A DNA stretch of 64,000 bases from Candidatus Thorarchaeota archaeon (GTDB lineage: Archaea; Asgardarchaeota; Thorarchaeia; Thorarchaeales; Thorarchaeaceae), in the NCBI GenBank assembly GCA_048884965.1, contig JBHLQH010000007.1, positions 1-64,000 of the forward strand, read 5' to 3'. The notes below the pieces were generated by a model. That model ran no database searches. It was not told the origin of the DNA and worked only from the letters and a program-made list of their open reading frames with translations. Below are positions 38,125 through 48,290 of this stretch, piece by piece. The translations under genes were made by a program, and so were the position numbers. Position 1 is the first letter of the stretch. Each line of letters begins with the position of its first letter.

Positions 38125-40140
38125 TTACTTTCGTGTCCCACGATATTCTTCTACTATCTCGACTAGATGATCCTCGGTTCTTTTTCGAGCCTTTTCCTTG
38201 GTTTCACGAATAAAGGATTCGAGTTGCTTCTCAAACTTCTTTCTACTAATGAAAGCAAACTCATCGATTCGTTGTAGCTCAACCGATTCTGCTTCGATCA
38301 CAGGGATTGTTGCATCAGTCAGTGTATCAACTGAAAGATGAGATAGAGGTGTATCGAAAATAACCGCTCGAATCTCTCTCTCAACTAGAAGATTGGCCGT
38401 TTGTCGTCCTGCACCTGAGCCATCTTCAAAGAGAATGACATCACCAGCCTTCAGACCTACCTTTCTGGAATATTCTTCGATGCTTTCACGAGTAAAGTGA
38501 GGTATGGTCTTAATTGCAAGCATATCACCTCGCATCTCAAGACGCTTTACCCCGACTAACCGATTGAGTCGTTGCTGGAGCTTGTCAAGACTAGCCTGTA
38601 ACCTTTCGTTATCGTCCCTCAGAATCTTGATTTCACTCTGCTTCTTGGTAACTTCACGGTCTCTTTTTACGCGCCAATAGTTGTCACGATTCATTATTTT
38701 GATGCTGTATTCCAGTTCGTTCTCTCGAAAACGCAAATACTCAATATGACGACGAAGATCCTCCATTTGCTCCATGAGGGCCTCATGGTCCTGTTGAAGA
38801 TCATCATATTTCGTCCTCAAAGCAGCATACTTTTCAGGAGATAGGACTTCTTCTGGCTCTGGTTTTTCTGGGATTTCCTCGATGACTTCCGATTCTTCAC
38901 GAGTTAGGTTGGATATTGCCTCAACCATTGGCATTCCTTTTACTACTAATGCTTTCAAGTGGTTCCGATCCACTGAGAGCTGCTCTTCTCGTATTTTCCT
39001 GTCAATTTGCTGTAGTTTAGGTAGAACATACCTATATGCATACACAGCAGCAGTCAATGCGTCTCTTTCGTGTGCATTTCGAATCTTCATATCATCTGAA
39101 TACTCGCGTGCAAGTTCCTGCTTCTCAGCTACAGGAATGGGCTTATCAGGAGTGTATATTTCCGCGTTAATAGCTCGAGCTACCTTTTCCACCAGATTTG
39201 GAGCTTGAGGAACATCTGATGCTACAATTACTGGTATCCCTTCTTCATAGACCAGTCGGATGATATCTGCGCGTACTAATCCTTTCTTGCTTACCAGCTT
39301 GTGGATTTTTCCATTAAGTGTTAGCAAGCAAATTGCTGCTGTCGTTCCAGGATCAATGCCTAATATGAAGTACTTTGGTGATACTTGGGTCGGAACTGGC
39401 TTAGGTTCAAGTGGAAGGAATTCTGTTCGCTTTCGAACAGGGGATATGATGACATTAAAATCGCCACCACGCTTCGATTCAATAAGACCCTTGATTGCTG
39501 GAAGAGGTGCATATGCAATAAGACGAGCGCTGGCATAACCGAAGTCTGAATGACGAATATCCTCATCGTATTTGATTTCTGCTGATTTCAGTTCTCCTTC
39601 AATATGTCTTGTCATTTGCTGAATTAAGGAATGTAACTTTCGGCGATATCGATTCGCACTTTGTCCACCACGCCCCATTTTTCTTCCACGTGTTACTTTG
39701 ATTTCAGTTTGTTCACTGAAACATTCAATCGTGTATCCTACACCAATCGCAGCAAGCTGAGCTGCGATACGAGCAGAATCAAGTGGGGATGGCTTCCCAC
39801 GCAGATGGATCTTGTGTCGACGAGCAAGCGTCTTCAACGGTGTTTGTTGAGGGGGCACTCCAGTAACTTGGACGATTCTTGTTGAATTTGGTATTCGTTC
39901 TACCAATCTGAAAAGGGAGTTACTGTCTGGTACAATTTCGAAGATATTATCAGTGCATAGATATTTTGGCTCAATCTCCTTAGCAATCTTCAATAAAGCC
40001 CCGCGTGAGAGTTCTGGGTACTCATTGAGTACGATACCTTCTCTCATGATGATTGCAGCAAATTTCGGAGCTGACTTGGACCTAGGGCTGTGTGAAGGGA
40101 GGATGTCAAATCCCATGATGAAATCGTTTTCATCTGCCAT
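38125..40140 (-). CDS. DUF460 domain protein (RNase H-like fold + coiled coil)
   Basis: IMGFDI, GRGGQS.NRYRR, GIDPGTT, NAHERDAL, long coiled coil. Confidence 0.88.
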   Translation of the reverse strand: MADENDFIMGFDILPSHSPRSKSAPKFAAIIMREGIVLNEYPELSRGALLKIAKEIEPKYLCTDNIFEIVPDSNSLFRLVERIPNSTRIVQVTGVPPQQTPLKTLARRHKIHLRGKPSPLDSARIAAQLAAIGVGYTIECFSEQTEIKVTRGRKMGRGGQSANRYRRKLHSLIQQMTRHIEGELKSAEIKYDEDIRHSDFGYASARLIAYAPLPAIKGLIESKRGGDFNVIISPVRKRTEFLPLEPKPVPTQVSPKYFILGIDPGTTAAICLLTLNGKIHKLVSKKGLVRADIIRLVYEEGIPVIVASDVPQAPNLVEKVARAINAEIYTPDKPIPVAEKQELAREYSDDMKIRNAHERDALTAAVYAYRYVLPKLQQIDRKIREEQLSVDRNHLKALVVKGMPMVEAISNLTREESEVIEEIPEKPEPEEVLSPEKYAALRTKYDDLQQDHEALMEQMEDLRRHIEYLRFRENELEYSIKIMNRDNYWRVKRDREVTKKQSEIKILRDDNERLQASLDKLQQRLNRLVGVKRLEMRGDMLAIKTIPHFTRESIEEYSRKVGLKAGDVILFEDGSGAGRQTANLLVEREIRAVIFDTPLSHLSVDTLTDATIPVIEAESVELQRIDEFAFISRKKFEKQLESFIRETKEKARKRTEDHLVEIVEEYRGTRK

Positions 40141-40315
40141 ATACTTGCACTCATTCAGAGATTCAGAGTTTCTCCTATAAGGATTAACATCAAGTAACTA
40201 TTGTATTATCGAAATTTAACCCTCTCTATAGCTTTCCTGTATTTTATTGGATTGTAAATTGATTTGTTTTCACTTACAGTAATCTTATTAAACCCCTGCT
40301 TGAACGAAACGCCAC

Positions 40316-40612
40316 TTGATGCGAGGTGTGACATTGTCAGAAACACTAGAAATCAACAACGACGAAGAGATTCTACGAATCGGCCGTGCTCTCTCTTCAG
40401 GCACTCGCCTTAAAATCCTAAAACTGCTCCTTGATGGAGAAAAAGATGTAACTAGGGTGGCAACGCACCTCGGTGGGACTGAGGCGAATGCTAGCGCTCA
40501 GATAAAGATACTATACGAGGCAGGTCTTCTGGATTATCGATATGAACCTGGACAACATGGTTTGAAGAAAATATCGAAAACCAAGATTAAGCGCATAGTA
40601 ATAGAATTCTGA
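40316..40612 (+). CDS. ArsR-family winged-helix regulator
   Basis: RALSSGTRLKILKLL, ANASAQIKILYEAGLL. Confidence 0.85.
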   Translation: MMRGVTLSETLEINNDEEILRIGRALSSGTRLKILKLLLDGEKDVTRVATHLGGTEANASAQIKILYEAGLLDYRYEPGQHGLKKISKTKIKRIVIEF

Positions 40613-40651
40613 TATATTTTGATATGCCCATCTGGTGATAGATTATATCTA

Positions 40652-41218
40652 TCACTTGCTAAGATGGGCTTTCCATCTCTTTATTCTTCGTAATATGTTG
40701 TCACGTTCTTCAGTGCGGATGCTGCGTCTTCCCCTTGCACGGAGGAACTTCAATACTACATCCATATCCCTAGCGACTTTGTCATTTTGGGACTCCTTGG
40801 ATATTAGCTCGTCTTTTGCGGCTTGAAGGTATTCAGCTATAACTTCCGCTGGAGAACTTCCGGTGCTCAATTCATGACTGATGGGATCTAGCAATCTCGA
40901 AACTCGGACATCTGGTTTTGTATCTGGTTCTGCTGTTTCTTTCTTGGGCGGGATGGATGAAGATGATTTGATTTGCGCTTCTTCGGATTCCATCGATATG
41001 TGTTTTGTAATGGGTTTGTCCTCAATCGAAGGCTTCTCCATTGATGAGGAAGAGCCGGAGGTTGAAGAAAGGACGAGATTCGAGGGCTTCTGACCTAGGC
41101 GCATTCGTAACTCTCGAAATTGGTCGAACAACTCAACTAACATTGCTTGCATATCATCTATGAGTTTTTGGATATCCTCCATGTCATTTTCTTCAGACAT
41201 TGGTTTAGTTAGCTCCAA
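40652..41218 (-). CDS. Hypothetical protein (N-terminal coiled coil, S/P/K-rich linker, helical C-domain)
   Basis: 188-aa ORF co-directional with herA. Confidence 0.7.
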   Translation of the reverse strand: MELTKPMSEENDMEDIQKLIDDMQAMLVELFDQFRELRMRLGQKPSNLVLSSTSGSSSSMEKPSIEDKPITKHISMESEEAQIKSSSSIPPKKETAEPDTKPDVRVSRLLDPISHELSTGSSPAEVIAEYLQAAKDELISKESQNDKVARDMDVVLKFLRARGRRSIRTEERDNILRRIKRWKAHLSK

Positions 41219-41262
41219 TTATGATTGACCCAACTTTTGACTTATCAGATTATGGTTGATAG

Positions 41263-42831
41263 CTACCTCTGCTGTTTGCTCTCCGCCTTTCTTATTGCCT
41301 CAGAGAGATTTTTCGTTTGCTCTTGAGGCTCGAATAATCTCGGTCTTATTTTTACAAAAGTGGGAACTGACACAGTTTCGCCTACGAAAAGAGCCTCACC
41401 GACCTCTAATGTCGTTATCGCGTCTAATGACGAACGGTCTATGCCTTCACTCGACCTCCCAATGTGGTCCAAATCGTAGGGATTGGTACACCTGAGAATG
41501 GCTTGATTGCTGCACTGGCTTAAGACAGTCGTAGAGAGTTTGACAGGACGTTGTGTGATTAGACATAGAAGTGCAAAGAACTTTCTACCCTCGCGCGCAA
41601 TAGTTTCGATTCTAGCCTTCGGTAGAGCAAGCTCCTGCCGACTCTCTGGACAAAACTGATGGGATTCTTCTAATATGAGAAGAAACGGTGGAATGGCTCC
41701 CTGACGGCGGTGGTGTAAGAGTTCAGCTGCAAGATGAGAGACTATGATTTGCTTTTTCTTCAGACTGACAAAGTCACTCAAATCAATCAATGTAATCTTT
41801 CCGGGACGAATTGTATCTTTAAGATCTGGAACAGATTCTCTCCCGAAAAGGCCGGTATTCTCTAGGTTGAATAGCCAACCAATGAGCGCTTCTCGAGTGT
41901 TTTTACTTATCGTATCATCATCCTTGATGATTTGGATTAAATCGTTAAGATTGTACCCGTTTTTGAAACGATCTTGGATATCGGATATTGCTATTCGCAA
42001 GTCACGTCTCTGTACTTCAGACATGCCAGCTACAAAGGAACTCAGTGCATCTGCGCTTAGTGAACTTACTGGGATTTGAATGTGAGAGCCACGAATATGT
42101 TCGACGTCAAAACTGTCATCTGGTAAACCTAAATCACGAGGTTTGAGATCTTTCAAGTATGAATATTCTCCATGTACGTCGATTACAATGACACTCAACC
42201 GACCTTGCTTTTCAGATCGTTTTAGGAGTTCTTCTAGCATAACGGAAACAAAATAGCTCTTCCCTGCACCGGACATCGCAAGAATAGCCAGATGCTTTGA
42301 GAGAAGACGGTCTATGGAGGCTCGGAATTCTAATTCGTGATTGGCAACCTTTCCTAGATTCAGACCTTCTTTGGTGTCTAGTCGCAAAAAGCGAGCGAGA
42401 ATGTCCTCATCTGTTCTTCTAACGACTGCACCAGGTGACACTGTTGTATATGGTCTAACAGTACGACCATCAATCCAAAAACCAACGACCTTTGTTTGAG
42501 CTATCGTATATTGCCATCGATCTGTTGGAAAGATATAACGAAGTGGTTCGCCACGCGACTGATATTCTCTAACTGCTTCTGCATGTTGGAAGTATCTGTT
42601 AGTTCGTATCAAATCCTGAACTCTGGCAATGACTGTTCCAAACTCGGCTTCGACAGTCACAAATTCTCCTCTTCGGACTGTTGTTTCATTGAGTCCTCCT
42701 TCAAGTACGAAGGAAAACTCGGACACTTTCGGGTCCTCATTTGTACATATTACCGTCCCAAGTCTGTGACCTGATTGTTCTTCTACCAAGATTCTAACCT
42801 CCAAATGGGTTTCGAGACCTTCTTCTTTCAA
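41263..42831 (-). CDS. herA: Bipolar helicase/ATPase HerA
   Basis: HAS barrel N-terminus, HLAILAMSGAGKS, DVHGEY, LEESHQF, IAREGRKF, TQRP. Confidence 0.92.
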   Translation of the reverse strand: MKEEGLETHLEVRILVEEQSGHRLGTVICTNEDPKVSEFSFVLEGGLNETTVRRGEFVTVEAEFGTVIARVQDLIRTNRYFQHAEAVREYQSRGEPLRYIFPTDRWQYTIAQTKVVGFWIDGRTVRPYTTVSPGAVVRRTDEDILARFLRLDTKEGLNLGKVANHELEFRASIDRLLSKHLAILAMSGAGKSYFVSVMLEELLKRSEKQGRLSVIVIDVHGEYSYLKDLKPRDLGLPDDSFDVEHIRGSHIQIPVSSLSADALSSFVAGMSEVQRRDLRIAISDIQDRFKNGYNLNDLIQIIKDDDTISKNTREALIGWLFNLENTGLFGRESVPDLKDTIRPGKITLIDLSDFVSLKKKQIIVSHLAAELLHHRRQGAIPPFLLILEESHQFCPESRQELALPKARIETIAREGRKFFALLCLITQRPVKLSTTVLSQCSNQAILRCTNPYDLDHIGRSSEGIDRSSLDAITTLEVGEALFVGETVSVPTFVKIRPRLFEPQEQTKNLSEAIRKAESKQQR

Positions 42832-43957
42832 GCGTAGAATAGGTAAGACCAGATAATGCCATCAGACGATCGATAACGAATCGGGCATCGTTATTGCTTA
42901 TTCTCGCTCTTGCATCGGCCTCTACAATCGGACTTGGCAATCCGTACTCGGGGTGTTGCCAAGATAGAGGAAGGATTGCTGAAAGAGTCCTGTTGAGTTG
43001 ATTAATCCCCTCTTCTCCATCGGATTTGACCATGACTTCGATTCGCAAGGGTAGATCATCTCTAGCTGTCTTAAGATATGTCACCCATATTGATGATGCC
43101 CATGGTGAGAGATCTGTTTGTAACGAGTTAGTGTTCTGTTGAAGCTCGCTTGTGTAGCGGAATGCAAACGTTCGCTCTCCCTCTTCAAGAAACGTATCCA
43201 GTAAATCACAATCTCGTGATATCTTAAACAGCCACCGATAATCTATTCCTTGCATCTTCTCGAAAATAGAAGGATTTCTCAATATATGTGGGAAAATATC
43301 ACCCAATGTATTGATGACTCTAGTTGATCTACTGTCCTTTACGATACCGACTAACATTGCTCTTTTTCTCGATATCTTATTGTAGAGCTGTCTATATAGA
43401 GCCAGAACTTCTTGGAATTTCTCATCTGCACCAGAACCTGTAGGAGGACGGTCTCGAGGATGATAGAATAAACTACCATCCATCAATACAATGTCCACAT
43501 GGAATTCATCAATGGCCGATAGTGTCACTCGCAGCTCTTCTGCGATTCGCTCTAAGGATGCTAGTTGGTCTAATTCTGGCCCTGACATTGATAGCATGAT
43601 TAGTTTGGCTTTTGGTTCGGGGAATGCATCAGGATAGAAATCGACTTGTGGACTACTATTTGATTTGAACCCAAAAACCACAGCGATGCCTCTCGTTAGC
43701 AATAAATCCATGGATTTGAAGCGTTTCCTAATAAGCCCACCATCGATTCCAGCTATCTTGAGCCCATCCAATCGAGCTGGATGGATTTTCGTTGTAAACT
43801 CTGTTTCAATACAATTGGCAGCTAAGGCAGGGTATTTTCCGAGATTGATTTCTTGTTTGATGTCTTTCATAACCCTACCAAATTGATGTTTTGTTTCCTC
43901 GACACGCTCAATCTCTTCAACTAGAAGTGATAGCATTTTGTCGAGATTCTTGTCCAC
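42794..43957 (-). CDS. nurA: Nuclease NurA
   Basis: AGIDGG, LMDGS, GIVKDSRS, YGLP.PIVEAD; adjacent to herA. Confidence 0.9.
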   Translation of the reverse strand: MDKNLDKMLSLLVEEIERVEETKHQFGRVMKDIKQEINLGKYPALAANCIETEFTTKIHPARLDGLKIAGIDGGLIRKRFKSMDLLLTRGIAVVFGFKSNSSPQVDFYPDAFPEPKAKLIMLSMSGPELDQLASLERIAEELRVTLSAIDEFHVDIVLMDGSLFYHPRDRPPTGSGADEKFQEVLALYRQLYNKISRKRAMLVGIVKDSRSTRVINTLGDIFPHILRNPSIFEKMQGIDYRWLFKISRDCDLLDTFLEEGERTFAFRYTSELQQNTNSLQTDLSPWASSIWVTYLKTARDDLPLRIEVMVKSDGEEGINQLNRTLSAILPLSWQHPEYGLPSPIVEADARARISNNDARFVIDRLMALSGLTYSTLERRRSRNPFGG

Positions 43958-45630
43958 TACGGCTCCCTCTTCTTATAGTTTAGACAGGCCCTAATAAACC
44001 CAAGATATAATGGGTGCGGCATTCCTGGCTGTGATTTGAATTCTGGGTGGTATTGAACACCTATCCAAAATGGATGATTTGTTAGTTCAACAGCATTGAT
44101 GATTTTTCCAGACCGATCATGTGCTGCTGTTTGCATACCATGCTCCTTCATCCTACTAACATATCTATCAATTAGGTGATAGCGATGACGGAAACGTTCA
44201 CGAGCGTTGGAAGTGCCATATAGTTTTGAAAGGAGTGTGTTATCCTTAATGAAGACTTCATGTCCTCCCAAACGCATCGTCCCGCCCATGTCTTCCGTTA
44301 CCTTCTGTTCGTCCATCAAGCTCACAACGGGATACAGACTATTACTATCAACCTCAGTCGTATGAGCACCTTTCCATCCCATCACATGGCGTGAAAAAGC
44401 GACAACTCCGAGTTGAGCTCCATAGCATATCCCCAAGAACGGGATTTTTGATTCGAAGCTGACGATGGCTGCATTTATCATTCCCTCTACACCCCGTTCG
44501 CCAAATCCCGGAGTCAATAGAATTCCTTCTACTTCACCAAGATCTTCAATCAAACAGGATATATCACATCGTTCCTCAGTTTCAATCCACTTTATTTTCA
44601 CTTGTACCCCACAAGCAGCAGCAGCATGAGCTAGCGCCTCATTGATACTTTTGTAGGAGTCACTGAGAGTGGTATACTTCCCAGGCATTGCAATTGTGAT
44701 AGTTTTTGTGGGGTTTTTGAAAGACTCTACGATACTTGCCCATTTGGCAGTTTCCGCTGTGCGGTCTTCAAGGCCTAGATGCGTAGTGATGATTGTGCCT
44801 AATTCTTGTTCCTCAAATGATAATGGAAGCTGGTAGATGACAGGTATATCTGGGTTCGAGATTACTCTATCCTCCGGAACATTACAGAATAAAGCAATCT
44901 TACGCTCAGCAGACTCAGTAAGCTCTTTCTCTGCACGACAAACAACAATGTCTGGCTGTAAACCCAGACCTTGGAGTGTTCTGACACTGTGCTGTGTTGG
45001 TTTGGTCTTGAACTCTCCAACAGATGGCATATAAGGAACTAAAGTGACATGAACGAACGCTACCTGATTGCGCCCTACTTCTCGTGCTAATTGTCGTACT
45101 GATTCCAAGAAAGGCATGGCTTCGATATCACCCACGGTCCCTCCAATTTCGACAAGGACTACATCTGGTATTGGTTCTTGGGCAGCGACATCCCAGATTC
45201 TGCGTTTAATTCGATCTGTGATATGAGGTATAATCTGGACAGTTCGACCTAAGTAAATCCCTTTGCGCTCACTGAGAATAACAGACAAATAGATTTGTCC
45301 GGATGTGATGTTTTGGGATGGATGTACTTCAATTCCTGTGAATCGCTCATAAGTTCCAAAGTCCAAATCAATTTCAGATATGTTGAAGTCTACACCTTCT
45401 ACCGGTTTGAAAGTCCATGTTTTCTCAGTCACAAAGACTTCTCCGTGCTCAATCGGATTCATCGTCCCAGGATCAATATTTAGATACGGATCGATTTTGA
45501 GAATTCTGACTCCATATCCTCTGAACTGCAGCAATTTTGCTATCGATGCAGTTGTAACACCTTTCCCAATGCCAGAAAGGACGCCACCAGTTATGAAGAT
45601 GAATCTCGTATTATTTTTCAAAGAATCCAA
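43957..45630 (-). CDS. pyrG: CTP synthase
   Basis: TGGVLSGIGKG, KIDPYLN.DPGTM, KTKPTQHS, GICYG, RHRY, QYHPEF. Confidence 0.98.
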   Translation of the reverse strand: MDSLKNNTRFIFITGGVLSGIGKGVTTASIAKLLQFRGYGVRILKIDPYLNIDPGTMNPIEHGEVFVTEKTWTFKPVEGVDFNISEIDLDFGTYERFTGIEVHPSQNITSGQIYLSVILSERKGIYLGRTVQIIPHITDRIKRRIWDVAAQEPIPDVVLVEIGGTVGDIEAMPFLESVRQLAREVGRNQVAFVHVTLVPYMPSVGEFKTKPTQHSVRTLQGLGLQPDIVVCRAEKELTESAERKIALFCNVPEDRVISNPDIPVIYQLPLSFEEQELGTIITTHLGLEDRTAETAKWASIVESFKNPTKTITIAMPGKYTTLSDSYKSINEALAHAAAACGVQVKIKWIETEERCDISCLIEDLGEVEGILLTPGFGERGVEGMINAAIVSFESKIPFLGICYGAQLGVVAFSRHVMGWKGAHTTEVDSNSLYPVVSLMDEQKVTEDMGGTMRLGGHEVFIKDNTLLSKLYGTSNARERFRHRYHLIDRYVSRMKEHGMQTAAHDRSGKIINAVELTNHPFWIGVQYHPEFKSQPGMPHPLYLGFIRACLNYKKREP

Positions 45631-45726
45631 GTATAATACCTCAGAAATTTCCCCTCACGATTGGGGGTCAACACGAGTTTGCTTCAGGACCATTTCGTAT
45701 AAAGTAATCGCTGGGTTGGTACCATC

Positions 45727-46308
45727 TTATTGTACTGGCTGGGTCATAGCACTTGATCGCATCGCATCATGGAATAGTATTTCGAATGCTTCTAATACGT
45801 TTAGACCATTCATCGCGACACTTCTAATGACAGGTATGGCTGATGGAAGTTTGAGATGGTTTCTAAGTCGATTTTCATCAACTGCATTCGGTAAATCCTG
45901 CTTATTTAGGCAAACGACAATTGGAAGTGGTCGCTCTTCATCAGAAATCAATGTCATTAGTTCGTTCCAACTAGCAAGGTTCTCATCTATGAGATTTTCT
46001 TGGGAATCTGCGACAAATATGACACCGTCAGCACCAACAAGTACAACCTCTCGAGTCGAGCGATAGAAGTCCTGTCCGGTTGCAGACCAGATGTGAGCGT
46101 TAATTGTCCAGCTGTCACCAAGTGCGAATGGAATGGTGCCGAAGTCACAGAACATTGTACGCCCAACGGTATTCTCAATTGAAGTTAGCCGATCTGCACA
46201 ATCAAGACTTTTGAAGAGCCATTGAATAGAAGTGGTTTTTCCACTCATAGCTGGTCCAAAGAATACTATCTTCAATCCTACAGTTCTGTTTCCGTAATCT
46301 ACTATCAC
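45727..46308 (-). CDS. MglA/Arf-like small GTPase
   Basis: G1 GPAMSGKTT, GRTMFCDF, G3 variant SATGQ, G4 NKQD, G5 SVA. Confidence 0.9.
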   Translation of the reverse strand: MIVDYGNRTVGLKIVFFGPAMSGKTTSIQWLFKSLDCADRLTSIENTVGRTMFCDFGTIPFALGDSWTINAHIWSATGQDFYRSTREVVLVGADGVIFVADSQENLIDENLASWNELMTLISDEERPLPIVVCLNKQDLPNAVDENRLRNHLKLPSAIPVIRSVAMNGLNVLEAFEILFHDAMRSSAMTQPVQ

Positions 46309-46322
46309 TAAGCGTTACCCTC

Positions 46323-47243
46323 CTATGCGCCCCACATACTGTCAACCCATGCTCCCAAACCGGATAGAGTTCCTAGCTTTACACAGTCTGAGAAATCTTC
46401 ATGCCATTCAGCGTGGATAAACCTGATTAAATCTTCAAGGTCGCCTCCGTCCCACCCAATAGCTTCGTATAGATTACGTTCAGTCAGTACTGTAGAGGTG
46501 CCTAATTCTCTTGCTAGGCGGATACGGGAGAGAAGTGTTACTGCTCTGCGTGCGGCATGTACGAAATTGTTGATTTCTTCCTCGAACATGTCTTGGGTGA
46601 TTTTTTCGGATTCGTCATCGAGTTTGAGTACTGCATTGATTATCCCGTCAGATACTTTTGCACCTCTCAAGGATTTGCTCAATAGCCTGCGGATTCGTTC
46701 TAGAGATTGTGTCTTTCTTGTAAGAATTTTGTTTACGATTCGTTTTTCTACTTCAAGATTGCTTTCAATTGCGTTGACTAATTCGAAGTTCATGGATGAG
46801 GGAGATACCAACTCAAGAATTCCACATGATCTTGATGTCTGTGTGATATGTGTGATGACTTCGTCTAATTGAGACTTACTAACGTAGATTCCTTTCGATT
46901 CATTTGAAAGGGGAACGCCAATGATCCATCCTGAGAAGTGCTTGATTCTTTCTAGGGCTAATCTAAGATTTGGAGCAAGGCTACAAACGACGGTTCGATT
47001 GACCTCGTAGTTATGTTTCTCCTCTTCCCACACTGAGAGAATTTCATCTTCAGAGGTAAAGTCTCTCCAAAAGACCATCTTATGACGATGGGAGCTCAAA
47101 GAAGCGATGCTTTCGACTAGATCGTCTATGAGTTCGATATCAATCCCTGTAACAAGGATTGGAATGCGTTTCATAACTGAATTCAGTAGTAGGGAAAAGT
47201 CACTTTCCAATAGTTCAGTAAGTCGTAGTATGGAATAACTCAT
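46323..47243 (-). CDS. Hypothetical protein, putative DENN-core-like domain
   Basis: LLLNSVMKRIPILVTG.D.ELIDDLVESIASL resembles the cDENN helix-strand-helix pattern; located between roadblock and GTPase genes. The ORF is solid, the fold call tentative. Confidence 0.55.
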   Translation of the reverse strand: MSYSILRLTELLESDFSLLLNSVMKRIPILVTGIDIELIDDLVESIASLSSHRHKMVFWRDFTSEDEILSVWEEEKHNYEVNRTVVCSLAPNLRLALERIKHFSGWIIGVPLSNESKGIYVSKSQLDEVITHITQTSRSCGILELVSPSSMNFELVNAIESNLEVEKRIVNKILTRKTQSLERIRRLLSKSLRGAKVSDGIINAVLKLDDESEKITQDMFEEEINNFVHAARRAVTLLSRIRLARELGTSTVLTERNLYEAIGWDGGDLEDLIRFIHAEWHEDFSDCVKLGTLSGLGAWVDSMWGA

Positions 47244-48253
47244 GTGTTTCGCCTCGCTAGAAGAAGGTCCTTCTTTGGCCTTTCGGATAATATCAATTCT
47301 CGCAAATCTTGAGGAAGTCCAGGTTTCGCAACTGTAGCAGAACTCAGCACTCGTTGTGTTTCTGTAATGTAATGCTTGAGCAAGAGTCTCATAAGACCCA
47401 GTTTTTGAGAATCGCGTTTCACCCAGAGACTGAAAACACCATTGGGTACAGCATAGATGAAATGGCGGGTTTTCTCAGTTTCACATAGAACGGTGTGTAG
47501 AGAGCTATTCCTCAAGGTTCTTACTACCCGTTCTGATGCATCATGTAGCGCGAAGGACATAGCAGCCAATCGATCATTTGTGAATCCCTCCAAAGATACC
47601 CTTACTCCTCCACTTAGAGAGAGGAACACCGATTCTATATTGGGAATACTATCATGTATCTGACGCAAAATAGAACGAAGGGCAAGAGCTTGAGAACGAT
47701 CAAGTGATAGCATCGAACGCGATGTGGAATACGTTGGAACGTTGCCATCGACAACTGCGAATCCGCGTAGTACCTGTTGAGTTTCTTCTGAGCTATAAGA
47801 TCGGAGAGGTGGTAGTCTTCCGTCTACATGTTGACGCAATAGATAGGAAACACGTGCCATACTCTCACGCATCTCAATGAAAAGCGCAGCTAAATTCACC
47901 CTAGGAGCTGTTGTTATCGTTAGAAAGTATTCAGGATTATTTGGAAGAGATGCAAGGAAAACCTTTGATGTTTCTGATTCCATCAGTAGGTAATTGAAAT
48001 CACCATGAATTAACCTTGCAACACCAAAGATAGCACACGTTGAAGATGCTACAGCAAATACCTCTTCTTTGCTAAACCAAACACCAGCACTTGCAACAGG
48101 TAGTCCATCCTTCTGGATTAAGACCACATTCTCAACTCCAGTGATGGTCTTTATGTTCTGCAAGGCTTCATTAAGATCGTCCGTCAAAGACTCAGCTCCG
48201 AATCTGAATTGATTCAAAGATAAATCCCGGAATTGAGTATATAATCTCCCCAA
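47240..48253 (-). CDS. Tandem roadblock/LC7 (MglB-like) domain protein
   Basis: Domain 1 LNEALQNI..GVENVVLIQKDGLPVAS..PRVNLAALFIEMR; domain 2 LRSILRQI..NIESVFLSLSGG..QKLGLMRLLL. Confidence 0.85.
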   Translation of the reverse strand: MGRLYTQFRDLSLNQFRFGAESLTDDLNEALQNIKTITGVENVVLIQKDGLPVASAGVWFSKEEVFAVASSTCAIFGVARLIHGDFNYLLMESETSKVFLASLPNNPEYFLTITTAPRVNLAALFIEMRESMARVSYLLRQHVDGRLPPLRSYSSEETQQVLRGFAVVDGNVPTYSTSRSMLSLDRSQALALRSILRQIHDSIPNIESVFLSLSGGVRVSLEGFTNDRLAAMSFALHDASERVVRTLRNSSLHTVLCETEKTRHFIYAVPNGVFSLWVKRDSQKLGLMRLLLKHYITETQRVLSSATVAKPGLPQDLRELILSERPKKDLLLARRNT

Positions 48254-48290
48254 TCTTTGAAGTGAGATGCAAAACTGGGAAAACTCGAAC

